Below are positions 1 to 8,597 of a stretch of 64,000 nt of DNA, piece by piece (the first letter of the stretch is position 1; every line of letters starts with the position of its first letter). The stretch spans positions 1 through 64,000 of IMG/VR virus record IMGVR_UViG_3300026292_000003, one strand, 5' to 3'. The position numbers were made by a program, and so were the translations under genes. The notes beneath the pieces were generated by a model. That model was not told where the DNA came from, ran no database searches, and was given only the letters and a program-made list of their open reading frames with translations.

Positions 1-362
1 AGTATGTGTGCAGAGTATAAGCATAATGTATTCAACATAGCCCCATAGTAGCCGGCCGAAGCTAACTTAACCCTTATATCCTTATATACACCATATAACG
101 CCTGCAGAGCAGGTTCCTTCGGGGAATAGGTATTCCCCTCTGAAAGGTGGTATAGCTTAAAATATGGTGTATATTTTTCTAAAGGCATGGTTGGTAAAGG
201 TGTCGAAAAAAAGAAAAGGCCGGTCAAAATGTATGGTTTTTGTGCCATTATGGTTCTGCATAGTGCCGTATGAACCGTATGACACTATATGGATTCTGCA
301 TAGCTTCACCAGTTAAACCGTTCTAACCACTTCTTTATAGTGTGTTCTGTGTAAATAGTGTT

Positions 363-566
363 ATGGATGAATCATATAAAATCTTTGAATACCGTAATCG
401 TTATACACTATATAAGGATGGTCATGTATTGCTTATAACAAGTAACAAGCATTTGGCTTATCGCTATATGTATGAGTGTATGGGAGTTCCAGTACCTGTA
501 GAGTATACACGTAAGAGATTGGATTCATTATTAAATCAAGACATTTCGGTTGACAAACCTCAATAA
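363..566 (+). CDS. hypothetical protein
   Basis: ORF track 342..566; likely start is ATG 363, 5 nt after a TAAATA late-promoter motif. Confidence 0.55.
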   Translation: MDESYKIFEYRNRYTLYKDGHVLLITSNKHLAYRYMYECMGVPVPVEYTRKRLDSLLNQDISVDKPQ

Positions 567-578
567 TTAGTGTATATT
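550..578 (+). promoter_or_regulatory. sigma70-type early promoter
   Basis: TTGACA-17nt-TATATT, followed by GGAGAG RBS and ATG 601. Confidence 0.8.
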
Positions 579-600
579 ATAGTGATAATAGGAGAGTATT

Positions 601-816
601 ATGAGTAATATTAATTGGGCCGGTGTGGCTCAAATGATCATTGTTGTAGTAGGGGTATTATGGGCCGTTTCCATACTATGTTTACTATGGGAGATCCGTG
701 AGGCCTTGAATTATATAGCATTAAGCAGTGATTCAACGTTTCAAATGATGGATAGTATCTGGACCGAATTAAGCTGGTTGATACATGATCTAGGTCGGCC
801 TCTAGAAGAAGGCTAA
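601..816 (+). CDS. small hypothetical membrane protein
   Basis: Promoter, RBS and an N-terminal hydrophobic helix. Confidence 0.7.
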   Translation: MSNINWAGVAQMIIVVVGVLWAVSILCLLWEIREALNYIALSSDSTFQMMDSIWTELSWLIHDLGRPLEEG

Positions 817-868
817 AAAACCCAAGGAATTCAAGGGTTTATTAAGCAAGAATTCTTGAATTAAATGG

Positions 869-897
869 TTGACAAATGGTATTATATCATGTATACT
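869..897 (+). promoter_or_regulatory. sigma70-type early promoter
   Basis: TTGACA-17nt-TATACT. Confidence 0.8.
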
Positions 898-932
898 GTA
901 TAGTATAAAGTTAATAATGCAGAGGGATAGTT

Positions 933-1217
933 ATGAACTGCAAATGGGACATTGAATCAGAATTGACAGAGGCCCCCGATGGCCGATATCTAATCACAAC
1001 CGAAATGTTTGACTACCGCAAGGAGCAGAGTCCGGATTATGTATTCGAGACCTGGACCTCAGATGTAATAGTTACGGTTGAGAATGGCAAGATCAATAAG
1101 CAAGAAGCCTTGAAGGCGGCCGACGATCTATTAGCACAATGTGGATATTGGGGAACCTTCTTAGAAGAATTGGAATACAAGGGTGGCACAACATTGTCGG
1201 CCACGTTTGGTTCCTAA
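933..1217 (+). CDS. hypothetical acidic early protein
   Basis: ORF with GAGGGA RBS downstream of a promoter. Confidence 0.75.
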   Translation: MNCKWDIESELTEAPDGRYLITTEMFDYRKEQSPDYVFETWTSDVIVTVENGKINKQEALKAADDLLAQCGYWGTFLEELEYKGGTTLSATFGS

Positions 1218-1220
1218 CAG

Positions 1221-1356
1221 ATACTAGCGGAGCCTCGGCTCTATGTACAGAGGATTGTCCCTCCTATGTCAGACTCGCAGTACTGACAACTGTACACAAT
1301 AAATCCAGGCCATAGAGATTATCCTGGAATACGTAACTTGGTCATGTTGCTAGTGT
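1221..1356 (+). ncRNA. putative multibranched structured RNA, family unknown
   Basis: Closing stem ATACTAGCG/TGCTAGTGT enclosing GAGC/GCTC, TGTACAG/CTGTACA (with AGGA/TCCT and TGTCAG/CTGACA inside) and TCCAGG/CCTGGA. Confidence 0.5.
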
Positions 1357-1417
1357 GGCCGGTATGTAAGAACGGACTTCAACCTAAGTGTTATTGGGTT
1401 GACTCCTTAACTAACTA

Positions 1418-1457
1418 GAGTACCCACTATGTTTGTCCGTGTAGTGGGTACTTGTTT
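1418..1457 (+). terminator. intrinsic terminator-like hairpin
   Basis: GAGTACCCACTA...TAGTGGGTACTT followed by GTTT. Confidence 0.55.
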
Positions 1458-1529
1458 AAGGAATCGTATGCTAGAGCTGATAACATTCTTAGTAATAGGG
1501 AACCTAATATTGAGTGTGTTCTCACTATA

Positions 1530-1751
1530 ATGGATTGGGAAGTACATCATAATAGGCGTAGACCCGAGCCACCAGCATGGTCACAATGGAGCCCAATGTA
1601 CCCTGTTACGTACTTGTGTCAGTGGGCATTGTATTGTTTTGTGGTTCCTTTTATACTAGGAATGGTTATGACACCGTTAGGTATACTATTCATAACTGTA
1701 GTAATAGATTATTTCCAATATATCAAAGCGATCAGACTTGAAGAATATTAA
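1530..1751 (+). CDS. hypothetical membrane protein
   Basis: ORF track 1452..1751; ATG 1530 more plausible; two hydrophobic segments. Confidence 0.55.
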   Translation: MDWEVHHNRRRPEPPAWSQWSPMYPVTYLCQWALYCFVVPFILGMVMTPLGILFITVVIDYFQYIKAIRLEEY

Positions 1752-1992
1752 AACCTGACCAGGGGGTTGTCTAATGGCACAGCTAGAGGTCTTGGTTTTT
1801 CAGGGTGGGGGCCCAACGAATTTTTGGATTTTTTCCCATTTTTAGCACAAGACCAATCTTAAGCTAACGTAGGGTTACCGGATCCATATAGGGAAAACCT
1901 TCGCTTACCACTGTTTTAAAAAAAATACGTAGCAATTTTTTTCACAGATTTGCTACAGGGTCTTTCTATAACGCATCACTATAAGGAACTGT

Positions 1993-2250
1993 ATGCACTA
2001 TAACGATACTGATGTTACACGTGTACAAGCTACTAGTAAGCATATTGAGTTTGAACTCTCCGAGTTTATGTGTTTACTAAAGGATTGGATGAACTGTGAT
2101 CAAGCTAACGAGGATAATCACTATATGTACTACAAGCTAATAGATTGGCTTAATGTGTTACAACACAAAGTAAACGATTTAGAGTTAAGTGTAGCTGAAT
2201 TAGAGCTATTAGAACGCATATATGAGTGTGGTTATATAGGAGATTGTTAA
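1993..2250 (+). CDS. hypothetical protein
   Basis: ORF with AAGGA RBS. Confidence 0.65.
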   Translation: MHYNDTDVTRVQATSKHIEFELSEFMCLLKDWMNCDQANEDNHYMYYKLIDWLNVLQHKVNDLELSVAELELLERIYECGYIGDC

Positions 2251-2311
2251 CAACTTATACGTTAATTATCAACAGTTTTAACTAACCAAGACATTTTGGT
2301 TAAATAATAAT

Positions 2312-2695
2312 ATGGATAATATATACATATACGGAAACAAAGCTAATCATGACTTGATTAAACCCAAGACGGAATACAACTACGACTATATCATTAACGA
2401 TGCAGTACGTAGTGCTAAAGCTAAATGGGCTATTACTCCATTCAATAACAATGATGTATTAGAGTATAAAGTAGTTTGTAGAGAGTTTGGACGTCCACTT
2501 GAGATGGTACATCATCATTGGAGTAGTATAATGGAAGCAGATCGTTTATGGTATATAGTAAGTGAAATGGATTGGGATCATATAGAACCAACTGCACGTA
2601 GCAATAGACAGCTAAAATATCAAGGCTGGTATGATCAATACTTCAAAGATATATACACTCCAGAACAATACGCCAGTATACTGCGTCTAGCATAG
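2312..2695 (+). CDS. hypothetical protein
   Basis: ORF starting 5 nt after TAAATA. Confidence 0.65.
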   Translation: MDNIYIYGNKANHDLIKPKTEYNYDYIINDAVRSAKAKWAITPFNNNDVLEYKVVCREFGRPLEMVHHHWSSIMEADRLWYIVSEMDWDHIEPTARSNRQLKYQGWYDQYFKDIYTPEQYASILRLA

Positions 2696-2738
2696 TCGCA
2701 TAGCGACTATAAGGCATACTGTTACATACGCCTTATAG
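2692..2738. terminator. hairpins between convergent genes (bidirectional terminator)
   Basis: ATAGTCGC/GCGACTAT and CTATAAGGC/GCCTTATAG inverted repeats. Confidence 0.5.
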
Positions 2739-2760
2739 CACGTTTTATTACTGAGAAGTC

Positions 2761-3204
2761 TTACTTGATTTCAATAGTTTTTGCTTTTTTAGCATCAGGG
2801 ATTATTCTTTCCATAGATACTTTAAGCAATCCATCTTTCAATTCAGCACCTTTAACTTCTACATCGTCAGCTACTGTGAATACTTTACTGAACATACGTT
2901 GTGATATACCTTTGTGCAGTACATCATTTCCATCAGCATCTTTGTTCACTTCCTTCTCTTTACTCTTTATAGTAAGCAAATTATCTTCATAGTTTACTAC
3001 TATATCATCTTTAGAGAAGCCAGCTAATGCTACTTCAATGTCGTAAGTATTGCTACCAGTTTTAACGATATTGTAAGGTGGGTAGTTTACTTGAGGTACT
3101 TGAAACACTTCATTATCAAACATTGATTCAAAGTGATCAAATATGTTATCAAAACCTACAGTTACAGGACGTAACTGATTAAAAATAGATAAATGTTTAT
3201 TCAT
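2761..3204 (-). CDS. hsp20: small heat-shock protein Hsp20/IbpA family
   Basis: NYPPYNI, ALAGF, LHKGISQRMF and GAELKDGLL alpha-crystallin motifs. Confidence 0.95.
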   Translation of the reverse strand: MNKHLSIFNQLRPVTVGFDNIFDHFESMFDNEVFQVPQVNYPPYNIVKTGSNTYDIEVALAGFSKDDIVVNYEDNLLTIKSKEKEVNKDADGNDVLHKGISQRMFSKVFTVADDVEVKGAELKDGLLKVSMERIIPDAKKAKTIEIK

Positions 3205-3210
3205 CTTTAT

Positions 3211-3229
3211 ACTCCTTTATTAAGCAAGT
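3211..3229 (-). promoter_or_regulatory. ROSE-like RNA thermometer hairpin over the hsp20 Shine-Dalgarno
   Basis: ACUUGCUU-AAUA-AAGGAGU: UUGCU with a bulged G paired to AGGA. Confidence 0.65.
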
Positions 3230-3500
3230 TAATTGTTATTAGTAGACCCTAATGGCATCTACAGTATTATTTATCATAACACTATATATAATATAAGCAT
3301 TATTTACAAAAAGTCAAGGGCCAATTTGAATCTTTTTTTAACGTGACCCTACTATATGTGCCTGTAGATACTATGGCACTATACGTATTCGAATCTTTAC
3401 AAAGTTTACAATAGATGGTTGGAAAAATTTTTTAAGCTGACCTTCGGTGAGTCTAGAGGGGTTATGGACACGCAATCCACCCCCTCTAAAATAAATTTAA

Positions 3501-3779
3501 TTAGTAAGTATACTTGATTGACTTCTTCTTACCAACTGTACCATTGATTTTCTCAACAGTAATTCCAAGTTTACCAGCTTCTAATTGAGCAAATACACCT
3601 TGGTTAAGTGTTATACCACTTTTTAAACCTTCGTGAAACAACTGGCTTCTACCTATTTCAGTGTTACCAGCTTGTTTGCTCTCTGCTAAAAACCTTTTGA
3701 TCCACGTTCTAGCAGTCTCTTGTTTGTTCTCTTTCTTAACTTCAACAGTATTTTCTACTGTATTTGTAGTATTTTCCAT
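3501..3779 (-). CDS. hypothetical early protein, possibly DNA-binding
   Basis: AGGAG RBS, sigma70 promoter at 3813-3841, basic C-terminus. Confidence 0.75.
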   Translation of the reverse strand: MENTTNTVENTVEVKKENKQETARTWIKRFLAESKQAGNTEIGRSQLFHEGLKSGITLNQGVFAQLEAGKLGITVEKINGTVGKKKSIKYTY

Positions 3780-3812
3780 TTTTACTCCTGTGTTTAATGG
3801 TTAATTACTACT

Positions 3813-3841
3813 AATATACACTAATCAAGACGTCTTGTCAA
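3813..3841 (-). promoter_or_regulatory. sigma70-type promoter with palindrome CAAGACGTCTTG overlapping the -35 and spacer
   Basis: Minus strand TTGACA-17nt-TATATT. Confidence 0.8.
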
Positions 3842-3995
3842 CCGAAATACCAAGCTAAAAAACCCTTATAAATCAACAGTTTAGCAAGATGTCTTGGTAA
3901 TTATAACTCAATATATCGGTAAAACCATTAAAATGATGTTTACTATGGGTTGTATTGTTCTAAATACTATACATAAATTGGGAAGGAGGCTTGTT

Positions 3996-4259
3996 ATGAG
4001 ACGTATTAAAAGCCCTGTATCCGATAAGGACTGGAAGAAACTGAAGCGAAAAGCTCCTAAAGTTCCAGATTACACCTGCCCTCAAATCGATGATGTGTTA
4101 GCACGTATCGAAAAGATAAAAGATAAACAGAAGTTGAGTCAATATCAACACGACTTAATAATGAAAAGAATGGAAGCCTTGCGTAAAGCAAATGACGCTC
4201 TACGTGAAAGTGGTATCTATTGGTATGAGATTGCAAAGAACATCAAAGACAACAACTAA
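3996..4259 (+). CDS. hypothetical protein
   Basis: ORF track 3894..4259; ATG 3996 has a GGAAGGAGG RBS and an upstream TAAATA. Confidence 0.7.
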   Translation: MRRIKSPVSDKDWKKLKRKAPKVPDYTCPQIDDVLARIEKIKDKQKLSQYQHDLIMKRMEALRKANDALRESGIYWYEIAKNIKDNN

Positions 4260-4360
4260 TCGTATATAAAAGGATCTTGGTCTTGAATCTTCTTTAGCTT
4301 CTTTTTCATAGCTCTACGATATTTCCATTCACGATACTTTTCTATTATCCATTTAAACAT
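4256..4360 (-). CDS. small basic protein (34 aa, MFKWIIEKYREWKYRRAMKKKLKKIQDQDPFIYD)
   Basis: Below the ORF-track cutoff; GGAG RBS; start overlaps the stop of the upstream gene. Confidence 0.65.
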   Translation of the reverse strand: MFKWIIEKYREWKYRRAMKKKLKKIQDQDPFIYD

Positions 4361-5348
4361 CTGTATCTCCATAGTTCTGTTCTAATTGCCAACCATATTG
4401 GTCTTTCCAAGTGTACGGCCAATCTCTACTGGCTAACAGTTTATTGTTTTCATCTAACAATTCAAATCGTTGTACATTGTTAAACATTTGTATATACTTC
4501 TTATACCACCATTGTTTATCTTCTGGTATTCGCCAACGTGCAATAATTGCATAACCTAATGCGTTAGCAGGATCGTTTTCATCAACACCTAATTGTTTTA
4601 ACCAAGTTCGGAATCCATCCCAATCAATATTTATATCATGGAATACCAAATCAAACTCTCCACTAACATATTTAATAGGTTGCATATCCTCTAATGGTAC
4701 ATTTGTATCTCCACTTAAATATGCTTCTATGAATTGCTTTCCTGTTTGTGGATAATGTAGTCTAACATCTCCGGTTTTGTATTCTTGCATTTGGAATTGG
4801 GATAGGTGTTCTGGTTCTATATTGTGTTTCACATTTGGATACAAACATACAATTATAGATCCACTACTACTATCTTTATTACGACTCCATAGTAGTCCTT
4901 CCATTTCATGACAGAAGTGATTGAATTGATTAATACTAAACCTAATTCCCTTTGGTGCATTTTGTGAAATAGGGTTAGGGGTTTCGTGATGTCCCATTAA
5001 AACTTCAAAGTGTCTATGTATATCATTTAATTGTTTTTGATTTACAGTATCAGCATAGAACTTCATATCAACAATATGATCTATATCGTTTAGTAATAGG
5101 TAATTGTTAACCTTGTCTATATGCCAATTCATTTCGTTGCATAACCATTCTAGGTCTCTGGTGTGCATATCACTCCAACCATGCAAACAGAAGTTCTTAT
5201 CTAATATTACATTGTCGTCATTTATATAGTCTTCGTGTAAACTCTTTGCCCACTTCTGCGATAGTTTAGTTTTAAATATATCATACTCTATCCAAAACTC
5301 TTCGTGCGTATCTGTATGCGTTAGCAATACTCTTAATGTTTTATACAT
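4353..5348 (-). CDS. hypothetical protein in radical SAM operon
   Basis: 331-aa ORF overlapping its neighbours. Confidence 0.8.
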   Translation of the reverse strand: MYKTLRVLLTHTDTHEEFWIEYDIFKTKLSQKWAKSLHEDYINDDNVILDKNFCLHGWSDMHTRDLEWLCNEMNWHIDKVNNYLLLNDIDHIVDMKFYADTVNQKQLNDIHRHFEVLMGHHETPNPISQNAPKGIRFSINQFNHFCHEMEGLLWSRNKDSSSGSIIVCLYPNVKHNIEPEHLSQFQMQEYKTGDVRLHYPQTGKQFIEAYLSGDTNVPLEDMQPIKYVSGEFDLVFHDINIDWDGFRTWLKQLGVDENDPANALGYAIIARWRIPEDKQWWYKKYIQMFNNVQRFELLDENNKLLASRDWPYTWKDQYGWQLEQNYGDTDV

Positions 5349-6282
5349 TGTAATTCTCTTTTATATAAGGTATCAAGTAATTGTGTGCAAATAGTTCATG
5401 CACTTTCCAATTAGGATGTGTTAGTACAGTTCTATAATATTCTTTATTGTCACGCACATCTGCCATACTGTGAGCAAACGTATATGGAAAGAACATTTTA
5501 TTAAATTCTTTTTGTAGAAATTTTGTTATATCTGGATTAAGATTTGTTTTAAAGTCATCTGATTCTCTAGCGATCTGTTCGTGTATAGTATTAACAGGAA
5601 CACATATCTCTACACAATTATCTCTAGGATATATATCTCGCTTTTCTATTTCAGGAACTTCTCTATACATACCTATAGCATCAATCATTATTACATTCTT
5701 AAACATAGCTTTAGTGGCCTGCATTAATCCATATGCTTGTACATACCTTGCAGGAATATCATCTACACTATCAAATATATCTATAGCATCTTTAAATCTT
5801 GGATCCAATAAGTGTTGAGTAAACTTATGAACACTATAAGTTTTAAATTTAGGATGTTCAGTGTGTGTATCCCAATGTACATTTAAACGTGTACTTCTAA
5901 ACGGATATGTATAGTTTAGTATAACAAGTGTATTGTCATCTATTTCGTTTTGTCTATTAATCATCTCTGCGAAGATTGCAGTATTACTATACCCACCTAC
6001 GGCATAGTTTTTATATTCTTTTATCCCAAGCTCTTGGTGTGCTATGTATGTAGTAGTAAGTCTTTCAGCTTGATGTTCCCAATCTGCTTCAGCTCGTTCT
6101 ATAGCATAGTATTTTTTATGATGTTCTGCTTTTCTATTCTTTACTGCTATACTACCATCAAACTCTAAATTTGCATTAAAGTTTTCTTTTGCCCAAGCAT
6201 TAATGTCGCCATAATGTTTTTGTACTAGTTCAGTACCTTTCATATAGCTACAACCAAATACTATAATTTTATTAATGCTCAA
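5341..6282 (-). CDS. SGNH/GDSL hydrolase-like protein
   Basis: IIVFGCSY block I, NYAVGGYSN block II, C-terminal THP; start probably TTG 6282 (track gives 6339). Confidence 0.6.
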   Translation of the reverse strand: MSINKIIVFGCSYMKGTELVQKHYGDINAWAKENFNANLEFDGSIAVKNRKAEHHKKYYAIERAEADWEHQAERLTTTYIAHQELGIKEYKNYAVGGYSNTAIFAEMINRQNEIDDNTLVILNYTYPFRSTRLNVHWDTHTEHPKFKTYSVHKFTQHLLDPRFKDAIDIFDSVDDIPARYVQAYGLMQATKAMFKNVIMIDAIGMYREVPEIEKRDIYPRDNCVEICVPVNTIHEQIARESDDFKTNLNPDITKFLQKEFNKMFFPYTFAHSMADVRDNKEYYRTVLTHPNWKVHELFAHNYLIPYIKENYNV

Positions 6283-7288
6283 TGCTACACTCCTTGTTAC
6301 ATATACCTGGCGTAAATGTTTTCCACATAATACTATCAAAGTAATTTAATATACTGTCAAATGATTTGTTCTGTAATTTCATATGGTCCACATTGAATAA
6401 TGATTTAAGTTCTTGTTTGCTAGAGTCTTCAACATATCTATTGTATAAGTCTCCTATATAACAACAAGGAAATACAGTACCATCTACGTGTACCATTAAT
6501 TCAGTACCCCATGACTGTAGACTTTTACAACTAAACTTCTTTTGCTCTACTGTTTGTTTAACACGTATAGGATTGTTTATATCTACTGTATCCTTTACAG
6601 TATCTATTGCGTCTGGTGTAATAGATAATTTATATAATAGCTTTCCGTCTTTGTCATAAACTCCACGTTTATAGTATTTATTATCCCAAAAAAACCCATA
6701 AGGTTTCTTAAATCTAATATCTTGTAAGCCCCATTCTTTACATTGAGCTTTAGCTTGTTCTAGTTGATGCTTGTTATATTCAAACATAAGATAGTCCCAC
6801 ATACCTTTGGCACCTGTACTTGTATAAGCTCTAATGTTTGCATCTATTCTATCCCACAATACTCCACGTCTATACATATTGTTAGTATCTTCTAAACCAT
6901 CAACACTAAAAAACATTTGATACTTGTTGTTATTCTTTAATATATTTCCTATAGCTTTCCATTGTTTAGTACTTCCTAGGCCACCATTTGTATTAACAAT
7001 AATGTACGCATCTTTATTCAAGTGCGTTACAGCATAATCAAGTATCTCTACTATTTCTGGATTAGCTATTGGGTCACCATAGTTACCACAGAACATTAAA
7101 CGTTTTACTCTGTTGTTTAATAGTTCTGGACTACACCAACTTTTAAATTGTTCTAGAGATACATTGTCTTGTATTAGATTTGGATTAAGAACTGTTGAGG
7201 AGTTTACATATCTTGGACAACCAGGACAGTATGCATTGCATCTAGTACTCAGTTCAAAGTGTAATAATAAATTATTGTTTGCCCACAT
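6272..7288 (-). CDS. radical SAM protein with C-terminal SPASM/twitch domain
   Basis: CNAYCPGC; GNYGDP; C-terminal C..DGTVFPCC..CxxxC. Confidence 0.9.
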   Translation of the reverse strand: MWANNNLLLHFELSTRCNAYCPGCPRYVNSSTVLNPNLIQDNVSLEQFKSWCSPELLNNRVKRLMFCGNYGDPIANPEIVEILDYAVTHLNKDAYIIVNTNGGLGSTKQWKAIGNILKNNNKYQMFFSVDGLEDTNNMYRRGVLWDRIDANIRAYTSTGAKGMWDYLMFEYNKHQLEQAKAQCKEWGLQDIRFKKPYGFFWDNKYYKRGVYDKDGKLLYKLSITPDAIDTVKDTVDINNPIRVKQTVEQKKFSCKSLQSWGTELMVHVDGTVFPCCYIGDLYNRYVEDSSKQELKSLFNVDHMKLQNKSFDSILNYFDSIMWKTFTPGICNKECSIEH

Positions 7289-8597
7289 TGAAGTCAGTCC
7301 TGTTATAGTGTGGAGCTAACTCTGGGAATGTTTCTAAGAAATTTTCTTCACGTATCTCATCTAACTTATTTGTAATACGTAAGAAGTCTTTATGTACATT
7401 GGCTTTATGATTGTCGGGAAACTCTGTCCAAAGATAATCTTTAATACTCTTGTAATACCACTCTAGTTTTTCATATATGTCTTTATCATTTTTATATTTT
7501 GCTAAATGAGAATCTAGTTTTTGATGTACAGTATGTTTTAATTCCGTAGGCATTGTTTTCATATGATACCAATCTGGATTAGTTAACACGTTACTAATAT
7601 GTAAGTTATTAATTTTTAATCCCAACTCAAACATCTTTTCTACATACTCTGGCATATGCCAAACGTTTAGTAATTGTATAGTAGGACTAACATTTAATTG
7701 TACAATGTCTTTGTGTTTTAATACTTCTGCAAAGTTTTCTTCTATCTTATCCCATCTAGTTCCTTTTCTAATATATTCAGCACGTGGTCCTATGTCATCT
7801 ATACTTGCCATAATCTGTACAAGATTAAAATGTTTCCAAAGGTCAACACACTTCCACTTCTTATAGTTTATTTTCATAAAGTTAGTGTTGTATCTTATCT
7901 TAACATCTTTTCTACCTTTGGCTATTAACTGTTCAAGTATATAATAATGCTCGTCCATAATTAATGGTTCGCCACCTGCAAAGTAAACTTCTTCTACCAT
8001 ATGCAAGTTACTGTCAATAACTTTCTTTATGTCTTGTTTACTAAAGTCATTAACGTGTACAATAGCAGAGTTCTCACTAGTTCTTTTATAAAGTTTCTTT
8101 TCATCTTCGTGCCACAAGTGACTTAGGTGTCCTCCACACATTCTACATTTCATATTACATAAGTTACTGAAACGAAAGTCCCAATATATAAGATCCATTT
8201 TATCTAATGATCCATCTGGGTTAGTTTGTTCAGCTTTAGGATACAAGTGATGATCGAATGTCCAGTTTGCATTTACTCTAAAGCTACGAATACCCTTGCC
8301 TTCTTGTTCATAACATTTCATACAAGACTTTGGCTTCTTACCATCTAGTAAATCTAATCTAAGTTTTTTATAATGATCGTTGTTCCATATCTCGTCCATG
8401 GTATTATCTTTTAAGTTACCAGCAACGTTACGCATATCAGTAATACAACATTGATATACATTTCCATTTGGCCAATGATGTATATGTATCCAAGGTATTA
8501 TACAAAACGATTTACTTGGTGGGTTCTTATAAAACTTTTTCTTATCATTAGGATTAGACATCAATGCTCTCCCACCAGGCTGTAAAGTTATCATCAT
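7272..8597 (-). CDS. radical SAM protein with N-terminal twitch/SPASM domain
   Basis: FCIIPWIH..GNVYQCC..CMKC, then CNMKCRMC and AGGEP. Confidence 0.9.
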   Translation of the reverse strand: MMITLQPGGRALMSNPNDKKKFYKNPPSKSFCIIPWIHIHHWPNGNVYQCCITDMRNVAGNLKDNTMDEIWNNDHYKKLRLDLLDGKKPKSCMKCYEQEGKGIRSFRVNANWTFDHHLYPKAEQTNPDGSLDKMDLIYWDFRFSNLCNMKCRMCGGHLSHLWHEDEKKLYKRTSENSAIVHVNDFSKQDIKKVIDSNLHMVEEVYFAGGEPLIMDEHYYILEQLIAKGRKDVKIRYNTNFMKINYKKWKCVDLWKHFNLVQIMASIDDIGPRAEYIRKGTRWDKIEENFAEVLKHKDIVQLNVSPTIQLLNVWHMPEYVEKMFELGLKINNLHISNVLTNPDWYHMKTMPTELKHTVHQKLDSHLAKYKNDKDIYEKLEWYYKSIKDYLWTEFPDNHKANVHKDFLRITNKLDEIREENFLETFPELAPHYNRTDFNVGKQ

